A stretch of 64,000 nucleotides of DNA from Lachnospiraceae bacterium (GTDB lineage: Bacteria > Bacillota > Clostridia > Lachnospirales > Lachnospiraceae): assembly GCA_024403485.1 (NCBI GenBank), contig JAKSRT010000002.1:22331-86330 (forward strand), in the 5' to 3' direction. The position numbers were made by a program, and so were the translations under genes. Below, piece by piece: positions 45,636 to 54,965 of the stretch (position 1 is the first letter of the stretch; every line of letters begins with the position of its first letter). Under the pieces are notes generated by a model. That model had not been told where the DNA came from and ran no database searches. It saw only the letters and a list, made by a program, of their open reading frames with translations.

Positions 45636-47042
45636 TTGATAAAAGATAAGCAGAAATAATTAAACGGAGTTCGTCTCGAGATAGATGCGATTCTGACTGT
45701 ATGTAACTACCCATTGGCGAGGTACATTAAGTAGAGCAGAATAAGAGACGTTGATGATGAAGTGGGTCGACTTCCGAACAGTGTATATTTCGGTGCATTG
45801 TATGCGATAGTTCCGGGATATCTTTTCTTATATTATTACTTCAAAACCTACACTCCCAAGCGTGGACTTAAATTTTCAAGCGAAGTAGCGGGTATTGTTA
45901 AAACCAATGCGGTGGGAATCGCAGCATTCTTAATTGTTCTTTTCATTGTTAAGATGAACGACTTCTCCCGTTCCATGATATTCATATATGCCGGATTAAA
46001 TACCGTTTTTGCCTGTCTTGGACATTTCGGATTTAACCGTATTTTGTCTGTACTTCGAAAGAAGGGCTACAATGCAAAATATGTTCTTTTGGTAGGATAT
46101 TCAAGAACTACGGAGGAATATATAAACAGGATTCTTGCCAATCCCCAGTGGGGATATGTAATCAGGGGAATTCTTGACGATGAAGTCCCGATCGGAACTA
46201 CTTATAAAGGAATAAAAGTTCTTGGCCATATTGATAATCTTAATATGATTCTTGGAAACAGCCAGTTGGATGAAATAGCAATTACCATTGCACTTAAAGA
46301 CTATGAAAACCTTGAAACAATAGTGGACCAGTGTGAAAAATCAGGTGTTCATACCAAGTTTATTCCGGATTATATGAGTATTATTCCTTCAAGTCCTTAT
46401 ACTGAAGATATTCAGGGACTTGCAGCAATTAATATAAGATATGTTCCTCTATCGAATACTTTTAATCAGTTAATAAAAAGATTTTTTGACATTATTATCT
46501 CTCTGGTCGGCATTATTATAAGCGCACCGATTATGCTTGTGTGTGCGATAATGGTGAGATGCTCAAGCGAGGGACCTATTATCTTTAAGCAGGAAAGAGT
46601 GGGACATCACAATAATACATTTAATATGTATAAGTTTAGATCTATGAGAATGCAGACTGAAAAGGAAGAAAAGAAGGGCTGGACCACAAAGGACGATCCG
46701 CGTGTAACAAAAGTCGGAGCAGTGCTTCGAAAAACCAGTTTGGATGAGCTTCCACAGTTATTTAATATATTAAAAGGCGATATGAGCGTGGTTGGACCAA
46801 GACCTGAAAGACCCCAATTTGTCGAGCAGTTTAGAGAAGAAATTCCGCGATACATGATTAAGCACCAGGTTCGTCCGGGCTTAACCGGTTGGGCTCAGGT
46901 GAATGGATTCAGAGGCGATACATCTATTTACAAGCGTATTGAATATGATTTGTATTATATTGAAAACTGGTCACTTTGGCTTGATATTAGGATAATGTTC
47001 CGCACATTATTTGTGGGATTTATTAATAAAAATGCCTATTAG
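45636..47042 (+). pseudogene. Undecaprenyl-phosphate sugar-1-phosphate (priming) transferase, WcaJ/CpsE family, with two in-frame stops near the 5' end (pseudogene or sequence error); the intact downstream frame is 45762-47042
   Basis: A strong RBS (AAAGGAGG) precedes TTG 45636, which is in frame with the 426-aa ORF, but TAA 45657 and TAG 45732 interrupt it. The C-terminus has 'KRFFDI','YKFRSM','DDPRVT','RKTSLDELPQ','VGPRPER','RPGLTGWAQV'. Confidence 0.75.
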
Positions 47043-47062
47043 GCTACTTTTTTGGAGGATAT

Positions 47063-48157
47063 ATGGCTACAGGAAAAAAGAAAGGCGGCAACAAAGCCGG
47101 AAAAATGATTCTTTTTGTAGTAGAACTTGCAGTGCTTGCGGTACTTATTGTGGGCTTATGGCTGGTACTCAAAGCGACAGGCGGTACTGGCTCGGATGGT
47201 AAGAAAACCGGTGTACAGAAGGTTACCATTAAGGAAGAAGACATCACCGTAAAAATGAACGAAAATGTTAAGAACAATGAGACCATGAAAGGCTACAGAA
47301 ACATTGCTCTCTTTGGTGTAGACTCACGTACAGGTGCTCTTACTCAAAAAACAAGAACAGACACGATTATGATTGCGTCAATTAATCTTGCCAACAAGGA
47401 AGTAAAATTGGTTTCTGTGTATCGTGATACTTATCTTAATCAGATGGGCTCGTCGGAATCTTTTGGTAAATGTAATGCAAGTTACGCATATGGTGGCGCC
47501 GAACAGGCAATCATGATGCTTAACTCGAATCTTGATATGGATATTACAGATTTTATCACAATAGGTTTTGAAGGTCTTAGAGACGTCATAGATGCTTTGG
47601 GCGGTGTTTATATTGATGTAGACGCTGAAGAAATCAAACATATTAATAACTATCAAATCTCAATGGTGGAAAGCATGGGAGGGTCTTATACTCCTGTTAC
47701 GGAAACCGGTTATCAGCTTCTTGACGGTCTTCAGGCTACCGCCTACTGTCGTATCAGATATACCGCAGGCAACGACTTTAAGAGAACAGAGCGTCAGAGG
47801 GAAGTTTTACAGGCTACACTTGATGTGGCAAAGACAGCATCTATCACTGATTTGACAAAGATTTGTAATAATGTCTTTAGTGAAGTTTATACTTCACTCG
47901 ATCTTTCTGAAATTCTTGAACTGTTAACTGAGGTTACCCAGTACAATGTAGTTGATGAAGGTGGTTTCCCTGAAGAAACAATGATCACAACAGGTACAAT
48001 CGGATCTAAAGGAAGCTGCGTAATTCCTCTCGATCTTGAAAGCAATGTTGTATGGCTTCATGAGTTCCTCTTTGAAGAAAAGAATTATATTCCTTCTGAT
48101 AACGTATCAAATTACAGTATTCAGATTAACAAGGATACAAGTCCTTTTCTTCAGTAA
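47063..48157 (+). CDS. LCP (LytR-CpsA-Psr) family glycopolymer-peptidoglycan ligase
   Basis: N-terminal TM; 'NIALFGVDSR','RTDTIMI','SVYRDT','IDALGGV','YCRIR','DFKRTERQR'. Confidence 0.93.
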   Translation: MATGKKKGGNKAGKMILFVVELAVLAVLIVGLWLVLKATGGTGSDGKKTGVQKVTIKEEDITVKMNENVKNNETMKGYRNIALFGVDSRTGALTQKTRTDTIMIASINLANKEVKLVSVYRDTYLNQMGSSESFGKCNASYAYGGAEQAIMMLNSNLDMDITDFITIGFEGLRDVIDALGGVYIDVDAEEIKHINNYQISMVESMGGSYTPVTETGYQLLDGLQATAYCRIRYTAGNDFKRTERQREVLQATLDVAKTASITDLTKICNNVFSEVYTSLDLSEILELLTEVTQYNVVDEGGFPEETMITTGTIGSKGSCVIPLDLESNVVWLHEFLFEEKNYIPSDNVSNYSIQINKDTSPFLQ

Positions 48158-48184
48158 ACAGTAAATAGTATGATTCGAAAATCG

Positions 48185-48205
48185 GGAAGGGCATTATGCC
48201 CTTCC
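48185..48205. terminator. Hairpin after the LCP gene (weak terminator or stability element)
   Basis: GGAAGGGCA-TTA-TGCCCTTCC with only a short T tail. Confidence 0.5.
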
Positions 48206-48240
48206 TTGATTAGTATATAGAGAATGGAAAAGAAAGCTTT

Positions 48241-49320
48241 ATGAGTTACGATTTAATCATCCCTACATATAATCCCGATAAAGAATTTCTGGAAATGGTA
48301 AAGAAAATGGATAGTCAAACGGTTAGACCAGAAAAGATTATTATTACCAACACCGAGCAGAAATATTATGACAGATTGATATTTGCGACTACATTTGCTA
48401 CCGATTACAAAAATCTTGATATTCGACATATATTTAAGAGTGAATTCGATCACGGCCGCACAAGAAATGAATCGGTTAAACGCTCAAATACGGATTATTT
48501 TTTAATGATGACACAGGATGCTATGCCTGTTGATGAAGATTTGGCCGATAAACTCTTAAAAGCATTTAAAAAGGATCCTACAATAGCAGTAGCATATGCA
48601 AGGCAGGTGGCAAGACCCGATTCCAACGAGGCTGAGAGATACACAAGATCATTTAGCTATCCACGTGAGGCTGCAATACACAGTGAAGCTGATGTGGAGA
48701 CTCTTGGCATAAAGGCATATTACTGTTCCAATGTATGCGCCATGTACAGAAGAGACATTTTCGAAGAATTGGGTGGTTTCTTGAACCATACTATTTTTAA
48801 TGAAGATATGTTATATGCGGCCAAGGCAATACATGCCGGATATAAAATTGCATATGTGTCGGAAGCTGAGGTAATTCATTCTCATAATTATACCTGCAAG
48901 CAGCAATATATGAGATATTTTGACAACGGTGTTTCTCACGCCAAACATCCTGAAGTGTTTGAAGGACTGGCAGTTAATGATGAAGGCATTAAGATGGTTA
49001 AAAAGACCATAAAGCATTTAAACGGAAACGGAAGAACACTTGAAATTATTCCTTATGTGGTTCAAAGCGGCTTCAAATATCTTGGATTCAGAAAGGGACG
49101 CCGTTACAGAAGTCTTTCGAAAAGAACAATATTACGGTGTACTTCAAATCGTGAGTATTGGAATTATGATGAGCTTTTAAGAGACAGGGCTTCGATAGAT
49201 GCAAGACAGGGATACGGACGCAGTGCTGAGGAACTTAAAATGATTTCAAACCGAGTCGGAAAGAAAATGAGCGGCACCGTATCAAAGGACAAAGCCGAAG
49301 AAACCAATGACGAGAATTAA
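48241..49320 (+). CDS. GT2 glycosyltransferase, rhamnosyltransferase-like
   Basis: 'IIPTYNP','EFDHGRTRN','MTQDA','AYARQ','CSNVCAMYRR','FNEDM','HSHNY'. Confidence 0.88.
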   Translation: MSYDLIIPTYNPDKEFLEMVKKMDSQTVRPEKIIITNTEQKYYDRLIFATTFATDYKNLDIRHIFKSEFDHGRTRNESVKRSNTDYFLMMTQDAMPVDEDLADKLLKAFKKDPTIAVAYARQVARPDSNEAERYTRSFSYPREAAIHSEADVETLGIKAYYCSNVCAMYRRDIFEELGGFLNHTIFNEDMLYAAKAIHAGYKIAYVSEAEVIHSHNYTCKQQYMRYFDNGVSHAKHPEVFEGLAVNDEGIKMVKKTIKHLNGNGRTLEIIPYVVQSGFKYLGFRKGRRYRSLSKRTILRCTSNREYWNYDELLRDRASIDARQGYGRSAEELKMISNRVGKKMSGTVSKDKAEETNDEN

Positions 49321-49466
49321 AATATATATTTTGTGATCCATTTTTTTAATAATTGCTTCACATTTATATAACTATTTAAACACAAAGCGGTCACAAACAA
49401 AAAATAGAATTTGTTCGTAGTTAGTTGGAGCCATTGACTCCACGTTATTTGAAGGGAGACAACACT

Positions 49467-50978
49467 ATGGACGGAAATTTTAACAGAGACAACAATTACA
49501 ACAATATCAATGCAGGTCAGGGAGGATATGCTCCCGGGCAGAATCCTTACTACCAGCAAAGACAGATAATAGGCGGACAGGTAAATCCTCAGCCGCAGGG
49601 ACAAAGGGCTGACGGCCAAAACAGAGCTTACCAATCCGGATTTTATTCATCGCAGGCTGCCACAACCGGTAATATAAATCAACCGATTGGTTCCAATGCG
49701 GCACAGAATATGAATGCATACGCTACCCAACCCAAAAAGGAAAAGAAGGCATCCGGGGGAACAAAATTTTTAGTAGCTCTTTGTGTGGGGCTTTGCTTTG
49801 GAATAACTGCAGCCCTCGGCTTTTTTGCAGTAAATAAACTAACTGAGAATTATGTTGGTACATCGACGGTTACAAATGCCGATTATGACGCATTGCAAAA
49901 GGAAATAGATCAGCTCAAACTTGATATGGGCAATCAGAACAGCAATACAACCGGAACGACCGTTGTTAATAACCAGACGGTTTCAACAATCGTGACGGAT
50001 GTTACGGAAGTAGTAGATAAAGTAATGCCCTCAATGGTATCGATAACCAATCTTTATACACAGACTTATAACTATTGGGGAAGAACATATACCGAAGAGT
50101 ATGAAGCCAGCGGATCGGGCTTTATTGTAGGTGAGAAAGATAGCGAATATATTGTTGTTACCAACTATCATGTTATTGAAAACAATGTTCAGTTAACCGC
50201 ACAGTTCGTTGATGAGTCGAAAGCAGCGGCATATGTTAAAGGATACGATCAATCAATAGATATTGCGGTTCTGGGTGTATTAAAGAGCAACCTGACTCCC
50301 GAAACCATGAATGCTATAAAAGTGGCTGAATTAGGCGATTCTGATGCGCTCAAGATTGGTGAACCTGCTATAGCAATAGGTAATGCACTTGGTTATGGTC
50401 AGTCGGTTACTACCGGTGTTATTTCTGCTCTTAACAGAGATATTAATATGGAAAACACTTGGAACTCACTTATTCAGACCAATGCAGCCATCAATCCCGG
50501 CAATTCCGGTGGTGCCCTTTTAAATATTCAAGGCCAGGTTATCGGTATTAACTCGAACAAGCTTGGAGGAACAACCATCGAAGGTATGGGATACGCAATT
50601 CCTATAAGCGATGTCCGTGAAACAATAGAAACCTTTATGAATCGTGAACAGACAACAAAGGTTGATTCCGACAACAGAGGTTATATGGGAATTAAAGGAG
50701 CTACGGTTGATGCCAACACCGTTCAGGCTTACGGAATTCCCGAGGGAATATATATTACAAGCGTATATCAGCGCTCTGCAGCTGAGGCGGCAGGACTTAT
50801 TAAAGGTGATGTTATTACTAAAGTAGAAGGTCAAACAGTTAAAGAAATAGCTCAGCTTCAGGAAATACTTGAGTATTACAAGAGCGGTGATACCATAACC
50901 GTAACAATTATGAGAGCCGGAGCGGACGGCTATACTGAAATGGATGTTGAAGTAACACTAACTTCAAAAGAAGGATAA
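49467..50978 (+). CDS. htrA: HtrA/DegP-family serine protease with TM anchor and PDZ domain
   Basis: 'SGSGFI','TNYHVI','DIAVL','AIGNALG','IQTNAAINPGNSGGAL', and PDZ 'GDVITKVEG'. Start at ATG 49467 after GGGAG. Confidence 0.93.
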   Translation: MDGNFNRDNNYNNINAGQGGYAPGQNPYYQQRQIIGGQVNPQPQGQRADGQNRAYQSGFYSSQAATTGNINQPIGSNAAQNMNAYATQPKKEKKASGGTKFLVALCVGLCFGITAALGFFAVNKLTENYVGTSTVTNADYDALQKEIDQLKLDMGNQNSNTTGTTVVNNQTVSTIVTDVTEVVDKVMPSMVSITNLYTQTYNYWGRTYTEEYEASGSGFIVGEKDSEYIVVTNYHVIENNVQLTAQFVDESKAAAYVKGYDQSIDIAVLGVLKSNLTPETMNAIKVAELGDSDALKIGEPAIAIGNALGYGQSVTTGVISALNRDINMENTWNSLIQTNAAINPGNSGGALLNIQGQVIGINSNKLGGTTIEGMGYAIPISDVRETIETFMNREQTTKVDSDNRGYMGIKGATVDANTVQAYGIPEGIYITSVYQRSAAEAAGLIKGDVITKVEGQTVKEIAQLQEILEYYKSGDTITVTIMRAGADGYTEMDVEVTLTSKEG

Positions 50979-51021
50979 CATATAAAGAGTAATATAACGG
51001 CATAAATTGTAAACAGTAAAT

Positions 51022-51062
51022 AAAGGCGCTTTAGAGTGATTAATCTCTAAAGCGCCTTTTTT
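51022..51062. terminator. Bidirectional intrinsic terminator between htrA and clpX
   Basis: AAAGGCGCTTTAGAG-N8-CTCTAAAGCGCCTTTTTT. Confidence 0.92.
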
Positions 51063-51076
51063 AAAGTAAAAATCAG

Positions 51077-52681
51077 TTATTCGGGTTTTACATCGATCAT
51101 AGGTGTTACAGTGCGCATCTCAACAACCGGTCCACCTTTACCTTCTATGTATTCACGGGTTATAGTAACGGTTCCGATATTTTTGTCTTTAGGAATTTCA
51201 TACATAATATCAAGCATGAATTCTTCTATAATGGCACGCAATGCTCTTGCTCCGGTGTCTCTTTCCATAGCCTTTTCGGCAATGGCTTCCAGTGCTTCGT
51301 CGGTGAATTTAAGATTAACTTCGTCGAGGCTTAAGAGCTTCTGATACTGTTTTAAGATAGCATTTTTAGGCTCCTTAAGGATTTGAACAAGCATTTCCTT
51401 GCCAAGGCCTTCAAGGGTGCAAATGATAGGCAGACGACCAACAAATTCGGGAATCATTCCGAACTTTTTGATGTCCTCTACGCTAACCTTAGAGAGAATA
51501 TTCTTTTCTTTATCCCATTTATCCTTTAAATCAGCGGTATAACCGATAGAAGTCTGTTTATTTAAACGCTGTTTTATTATTTCATCCAAATCAGGGAATG
51601 CGCCTCCGCAGATAAAGAGAATATTTCTTGTATTAACTGTAGCCAAAGGAACCATGGCATTTTTTGAATTAGCTCCAATAGGGACCTCAATAGTAGAGCC
51701 TTCAAGAAGCTTAAGCATACCCTGCTGAACGGATTCGCCGCTTACGTCTCTGGAGGTCTGCTGTTTTTTACGGGCAATCTTATCGATTTCATCGATAAAG
51801 ATAATTCCGCGCTCTGCTCTTTCCACATCATTGTCGGCAGCAGCAAGAAGCTTTGATACAACGCTCTCGATATCATCCCCGATATAACCGGCTTCAGTTA
51901 ATGAGGTGGCATCTGCGATGGCCAAAGGCACATCTAAAAGTTTGGCAAGAGTCTTTACCAAAAAGGTTTTACCGGAACCGGTAGGTCCAATCATTAATAT
52001 ATTTGATTTCTCGATTTCAATTTCATCCATTGTGCCGGTAGCAACACGCTTATAGTGGTTGTATACCGCTACGGAAATAATCTTTTTGGCCTGTTCCTGA
52101 CCGATAACATAGTCATCAAGCTTCTTCTTGATTTCATGAGGAGCAGGAATTTCTTTTAAGTCGATGGGCTTTAAGGGCTTTTTCTTTTTCTTGGGAGCCT
52201 GCCTTCCGGGCATGCCGCCAAGAAGATCGTTAATATTGATAAAGCTTACGTTGGGATAGCCGTTAACGCGACGTTTTGGCTCATCACTGCTGTCATCATC
52301 CGAATTGGAACCTTCTTCGCTATTCTTACTGCCGGAAGAGTCTTTGGCTGAAGAATTTGCTGTCTTACTGCCTTCGTTATTATCTGACTCGGTTTCCTCA
52401 ATACAGTCGGAATCAGCTTCTTCGTTGGAGACCTTTTCTTCAGCATCGGCTGAATCATCTGCATTTGAAGGATTTCCCATATTAAACATCATGGGATTCA
52501 TAAAAGGGTTAGGCATTCCGCTGAACATTGAAGGATCAAATTCCATATTTTGAGCGGTATCCAGGGTTTTCTGGAGACAATCCGTGCACACGCACATATT
52601 TGCTGCCATTTTAATCATTCCGTTGCATTTGCTTTCCGGGCGCATGCACATAAAACAAATTGATTCGTAATCTTCGGACAT
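51077..52681 (-). CDS. clpX: ATP-dependent Clp protease ATP-binding subunit ClpX (divergent, long N-terminal linker)
   Basis: C4 zinc finger 'CFMC...CTDC','LDDYVIGQEQAKK','KSNILMIGPTGSGKT','DATSLTEAGYIG','IDEIDKI','RDVSGE','TGARALR'. Confidence 0.93.
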   Translation of the reverse strand: MSEDYESICFMCMRPESKCNGMIKMAANMCVCTDCLQKTLDTAQNMEFDPSMFSGMPNPFMNPMMFNMGNPSNADDSADAEEKVSNEEADSDCIEETESDNNEGSKTANSSAKDSSGSKNSEEGSNSDDDSSDEPKRRVNGYPNVSFININDLLGGMPGRQAPKKKKKPLKPIDLKEIPAPHEIKKKLDDYVIGQEQAKKIISVAVYNHYKRVATGTMDEIEIEKSNILMIGPTGSGKTFLVKTLAKLLDVPLAIADATSLTEAGYIGDDIESVVSKLLAAADNDVERAERGIIFIDEIDKIARKKQQTSRDVSGESVQQGMLKLLEGSTIEVPIGANSKNAMVPLATVNTRNILFICGGAFPDLDEIIKQRLNKQTSIGYTADLKDKWDKEKNILSKVSVEDIKKFGMIPEFVGRLPIICTLEGLGKEMLVQILKEPKNAILKQYQKLLSLDEVNLKFTDEALEAIAEKAMERDTGARALRAIIEEFMLDIMYEIPKDKNIGTVTITREYIEGKGGPVVEMRTVTPMIDVKPE

Positions 52682-52887
52682 ATATACCTCACATACTATT
52701 TAATCACCGGAGCTTAAAGGCCAAGGTGCGTATAAAGCATTTATTATCAACAATTATATTAGTAACCATGGTAAAAAAACAAGTTAAGAAACTATAAAAT
52801 AAATGACCGCCAATATAGATACAATGTTTGCAACATTGAGAAAAAATCTAAACCGGCGGTCTTAATGTTAATAGGTTAATCTGTGTA

Positions 52888-54936
52888 TTATCTAAAGAAA
52901 AGAAGATAAATGCAGGTTGCATATAAGCCGGCACAAAGAAGCAGAAGCCCAAAGGACACGCTTCGACCAATCAGGTTTGTACCGTTAATGAGTTCCTTAG
53001 AAACCGCAGCGAGAACAAATTCGTTGTCGGTTCTAAGGTGAGTACGACCTCGGCTTGCCTTATTAATTCCGGATGCTATGGAATTTAAGAATAAACCAAA
53101 ACCATAAGTGAAGCGGTTGCCGACAGGGATTGCTTTTTTATGACTAAGCTTTTTAAATACAGTCTTTTTGAGTGTATATACGATTGTTTCCGGTAATTCA
53201 CCAATGAAACGAACCAAAGCGGTTATAACGGTGGGAACAGCAGTCATAACAAATTTGTTTGTATAAACAATCTTTTCAAAATCAAGCCATGAGGGCCATA
53301 AATCCAAATACACCAGGCCTTCTTCGGTTTTTCTTGTCATAAGTGGTCTTACGATAAGAATATAAATCAGAAGACCTATGGCTATGCTTTCTGCGGCACC
53401 GATTAGGTTTTCTGTCGAGAAATAATGAATTTCATGTTCTAATATTTCAAGATTGAGAAAGCTCATGGAACGCTCCGCCAAAGGGGTCATGAGTGCCTTA
53501 CCGAGAAGACCCAGCGCGGGAAGGATAACAGCGCTTGTTAGTATGGCTGCGGATGAGAGCACATTTATGTACTTTCTATTGCCATGAGTAGTGGTTTCTT
53601 TTGCCTTATCAAAGAAAAGGCAAATATAAAGCTTGGTCATATAGGCTATTGTAAGTCCACCGCTTATTAAGAAAAGAATCTCAATAAATTTGTATATTCC
53701 ATAGCCTTGACCGGATTCTTTTAAAAGTTCTATGTATTCAAGAATTCCTTCATGAATAAGGCTTTTGCTGTTATAACCGCTTCCTATGGGAGGAATACAG
53801 CCTATTGAAAGAGCACCGAGCAAAAATGCGATATGAAGCACGGGCTTGTTTCGACCAAATCCTTTGATGTCATTTAAATTAAGTTTATGAAGGTTCATAT
53901 AAACCACACCGGCGCACATAAAGAGGCACAATTTGATAAGTGAGTGGTTTACCATGTGAAGAATTGAACCGTAAGCCGCAAGAGAGCCTTCTTCGTCGAG
54001 AAGCATCATAAATGAAATGCCCACGGTAATAAATCCAATCTGACTCATGGAAGAACATGCAAGAGTGCGTTTTAAATCTACGGAAAAGAGCGCAAGCAGC
54101 GCACCTGTAAACATTGTAATCACGGCAAAGACAAGCAATGCATTGGCAAAGCCTTTATTTGCGGGAATGATTCGGGTGGTAACTACCAGCAATCCGAATA
54201 CACCGCTTTTTGTAAGGATACCCGAGAGTAGTGCGGAAGCGGGAGCGGGCGCAACGGGATGGGCCTGAGGAAGCCAGATGTGAAGAGGGAAAAGACCTGC
54301 TTTTGCGGCAAAGCCAAACAGCGTAAGCCAGGCAGCAACTACGATGGTTGTTGAAGGATTTCCTTCTTTCAGTACAGCGGACAATCCGGCAAAAGAAAGA
54401 GTTCCCAGCTCGTTATATAGCATAAAGAGTCCCATAAGCGTTGTCATACCGCCAATAACGGCAACCGTAAGATAGGTGCCGGCAGCCTTCATGGCACGAG
54501 GATTCTCTTCGTGAGCTACCCAGGTATAACTTGTAAGAGACATTATTTCAAAGAATATCAGTGTGGTAAACAAATCATCTGATAAGAAAACGCCTAAGGT
54601 TGCACCTAGAGTCATCAGATAAAAGAAATAATATCTGTTTCTGTTGTGGTAATGAGCAAAATATTCGGGAGAAAATAAAGCTGTCATCATCCACATAAAG
54701 GAAGCAATAAGGGCATATAAGCTTCTGAAACCGTCAACTCCCATACTAAGGCCGACTCCACAGAAATCTTTTATTGTAAAGGTGGTATTTATGGGCCACA
54801 AAAACAGGCAGCCCACAAAGGCAGCAACTGTGGTGGAGATAACCAGTATATTTCTTGTTTTCTTTGAGTAGCGCCCCACTATAAAGCTTATAATGGCCAT
54901 TAACATAGGACCAAAAGAAAGAATTGGTAATAACAT
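52888..54936 (-). CDS. Mrp/Mnh antiporter-like subunit (NuoL/MrpA-D-type proton-conducting transporter)
   Basis: 'FFEIMS','AKAGLFPLHIWLPQAHPVAPAPASALLSG','DLKRTLACSSMSQIG','HSLIKLCLF'. Confidence 0.85.
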   Translation of the reverse strand: MLLPILSFGPMLMAIISFIVGRYSKKTRNILVISTTVAAFVGCLFLWPINTTFTIKDFCGVGLSMGVDGFRSLYALIASFMWMMTALFSPEYFAHYHNRNRYYFFYLMTLGATLGVFLSDDLFTTLIFFEIMSLTSYTWVAHEENPRAMKAAGTYLTVAVIGGMTTLMGLFMLYNELGTLSFAGLSAVLKEGNPSTTIVVAAWLTLFGFAAKAGLFPLHIWLPQAHPVAPAPASALLSGILTKSGVFGLLVVTTRIIPANKGFANALLVFAVITMFTGALLALFSVDLKRTLACSSMSQIGFITVGISFMMLLDEEGSLAAYGSILHMVNHSLIKLCLFMCAGVVYMNLHKLNLNDIKGFGRNKPVLHIAFLLGALSIGCIPPIGSGYNSKSLIHEGILEYIELLKESGQGYGIYKFIEILFLISGGLTIAYMTKLYICLFFDKAKETTTHGNRKYINVLSSAAILTSAVILPALGLLGKALMTPLAERSMSFLNLEILEHEIHYFSTENLIGAAESIAIGLLIYILIVRPLMTRKTEEGLVYLDLWPSWLDFEKIVYTNKFVMTAVPTVITALVRFIGELPETIVYTLKKTVFKKLSHKKAIPVGNRFTYGFGLFLNSIASGINKASRGRTHLRTDNEFVLAAVSKELINGTNLIGRSVSFGLLLLCAGLYATCIYLLFFR

Positions 54937-54965
54937 TGTAGTACCTCTTAAAAATAAACTAATGA

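Noticed and set aside
45636-45775. Stop-codon recoding (alternative genetic code or pyrrolysine)
   Set aside because: Both TAA and TAG occur in the patch, both serve as normal stops in other genes here, and surrounding sense codons also look altered.
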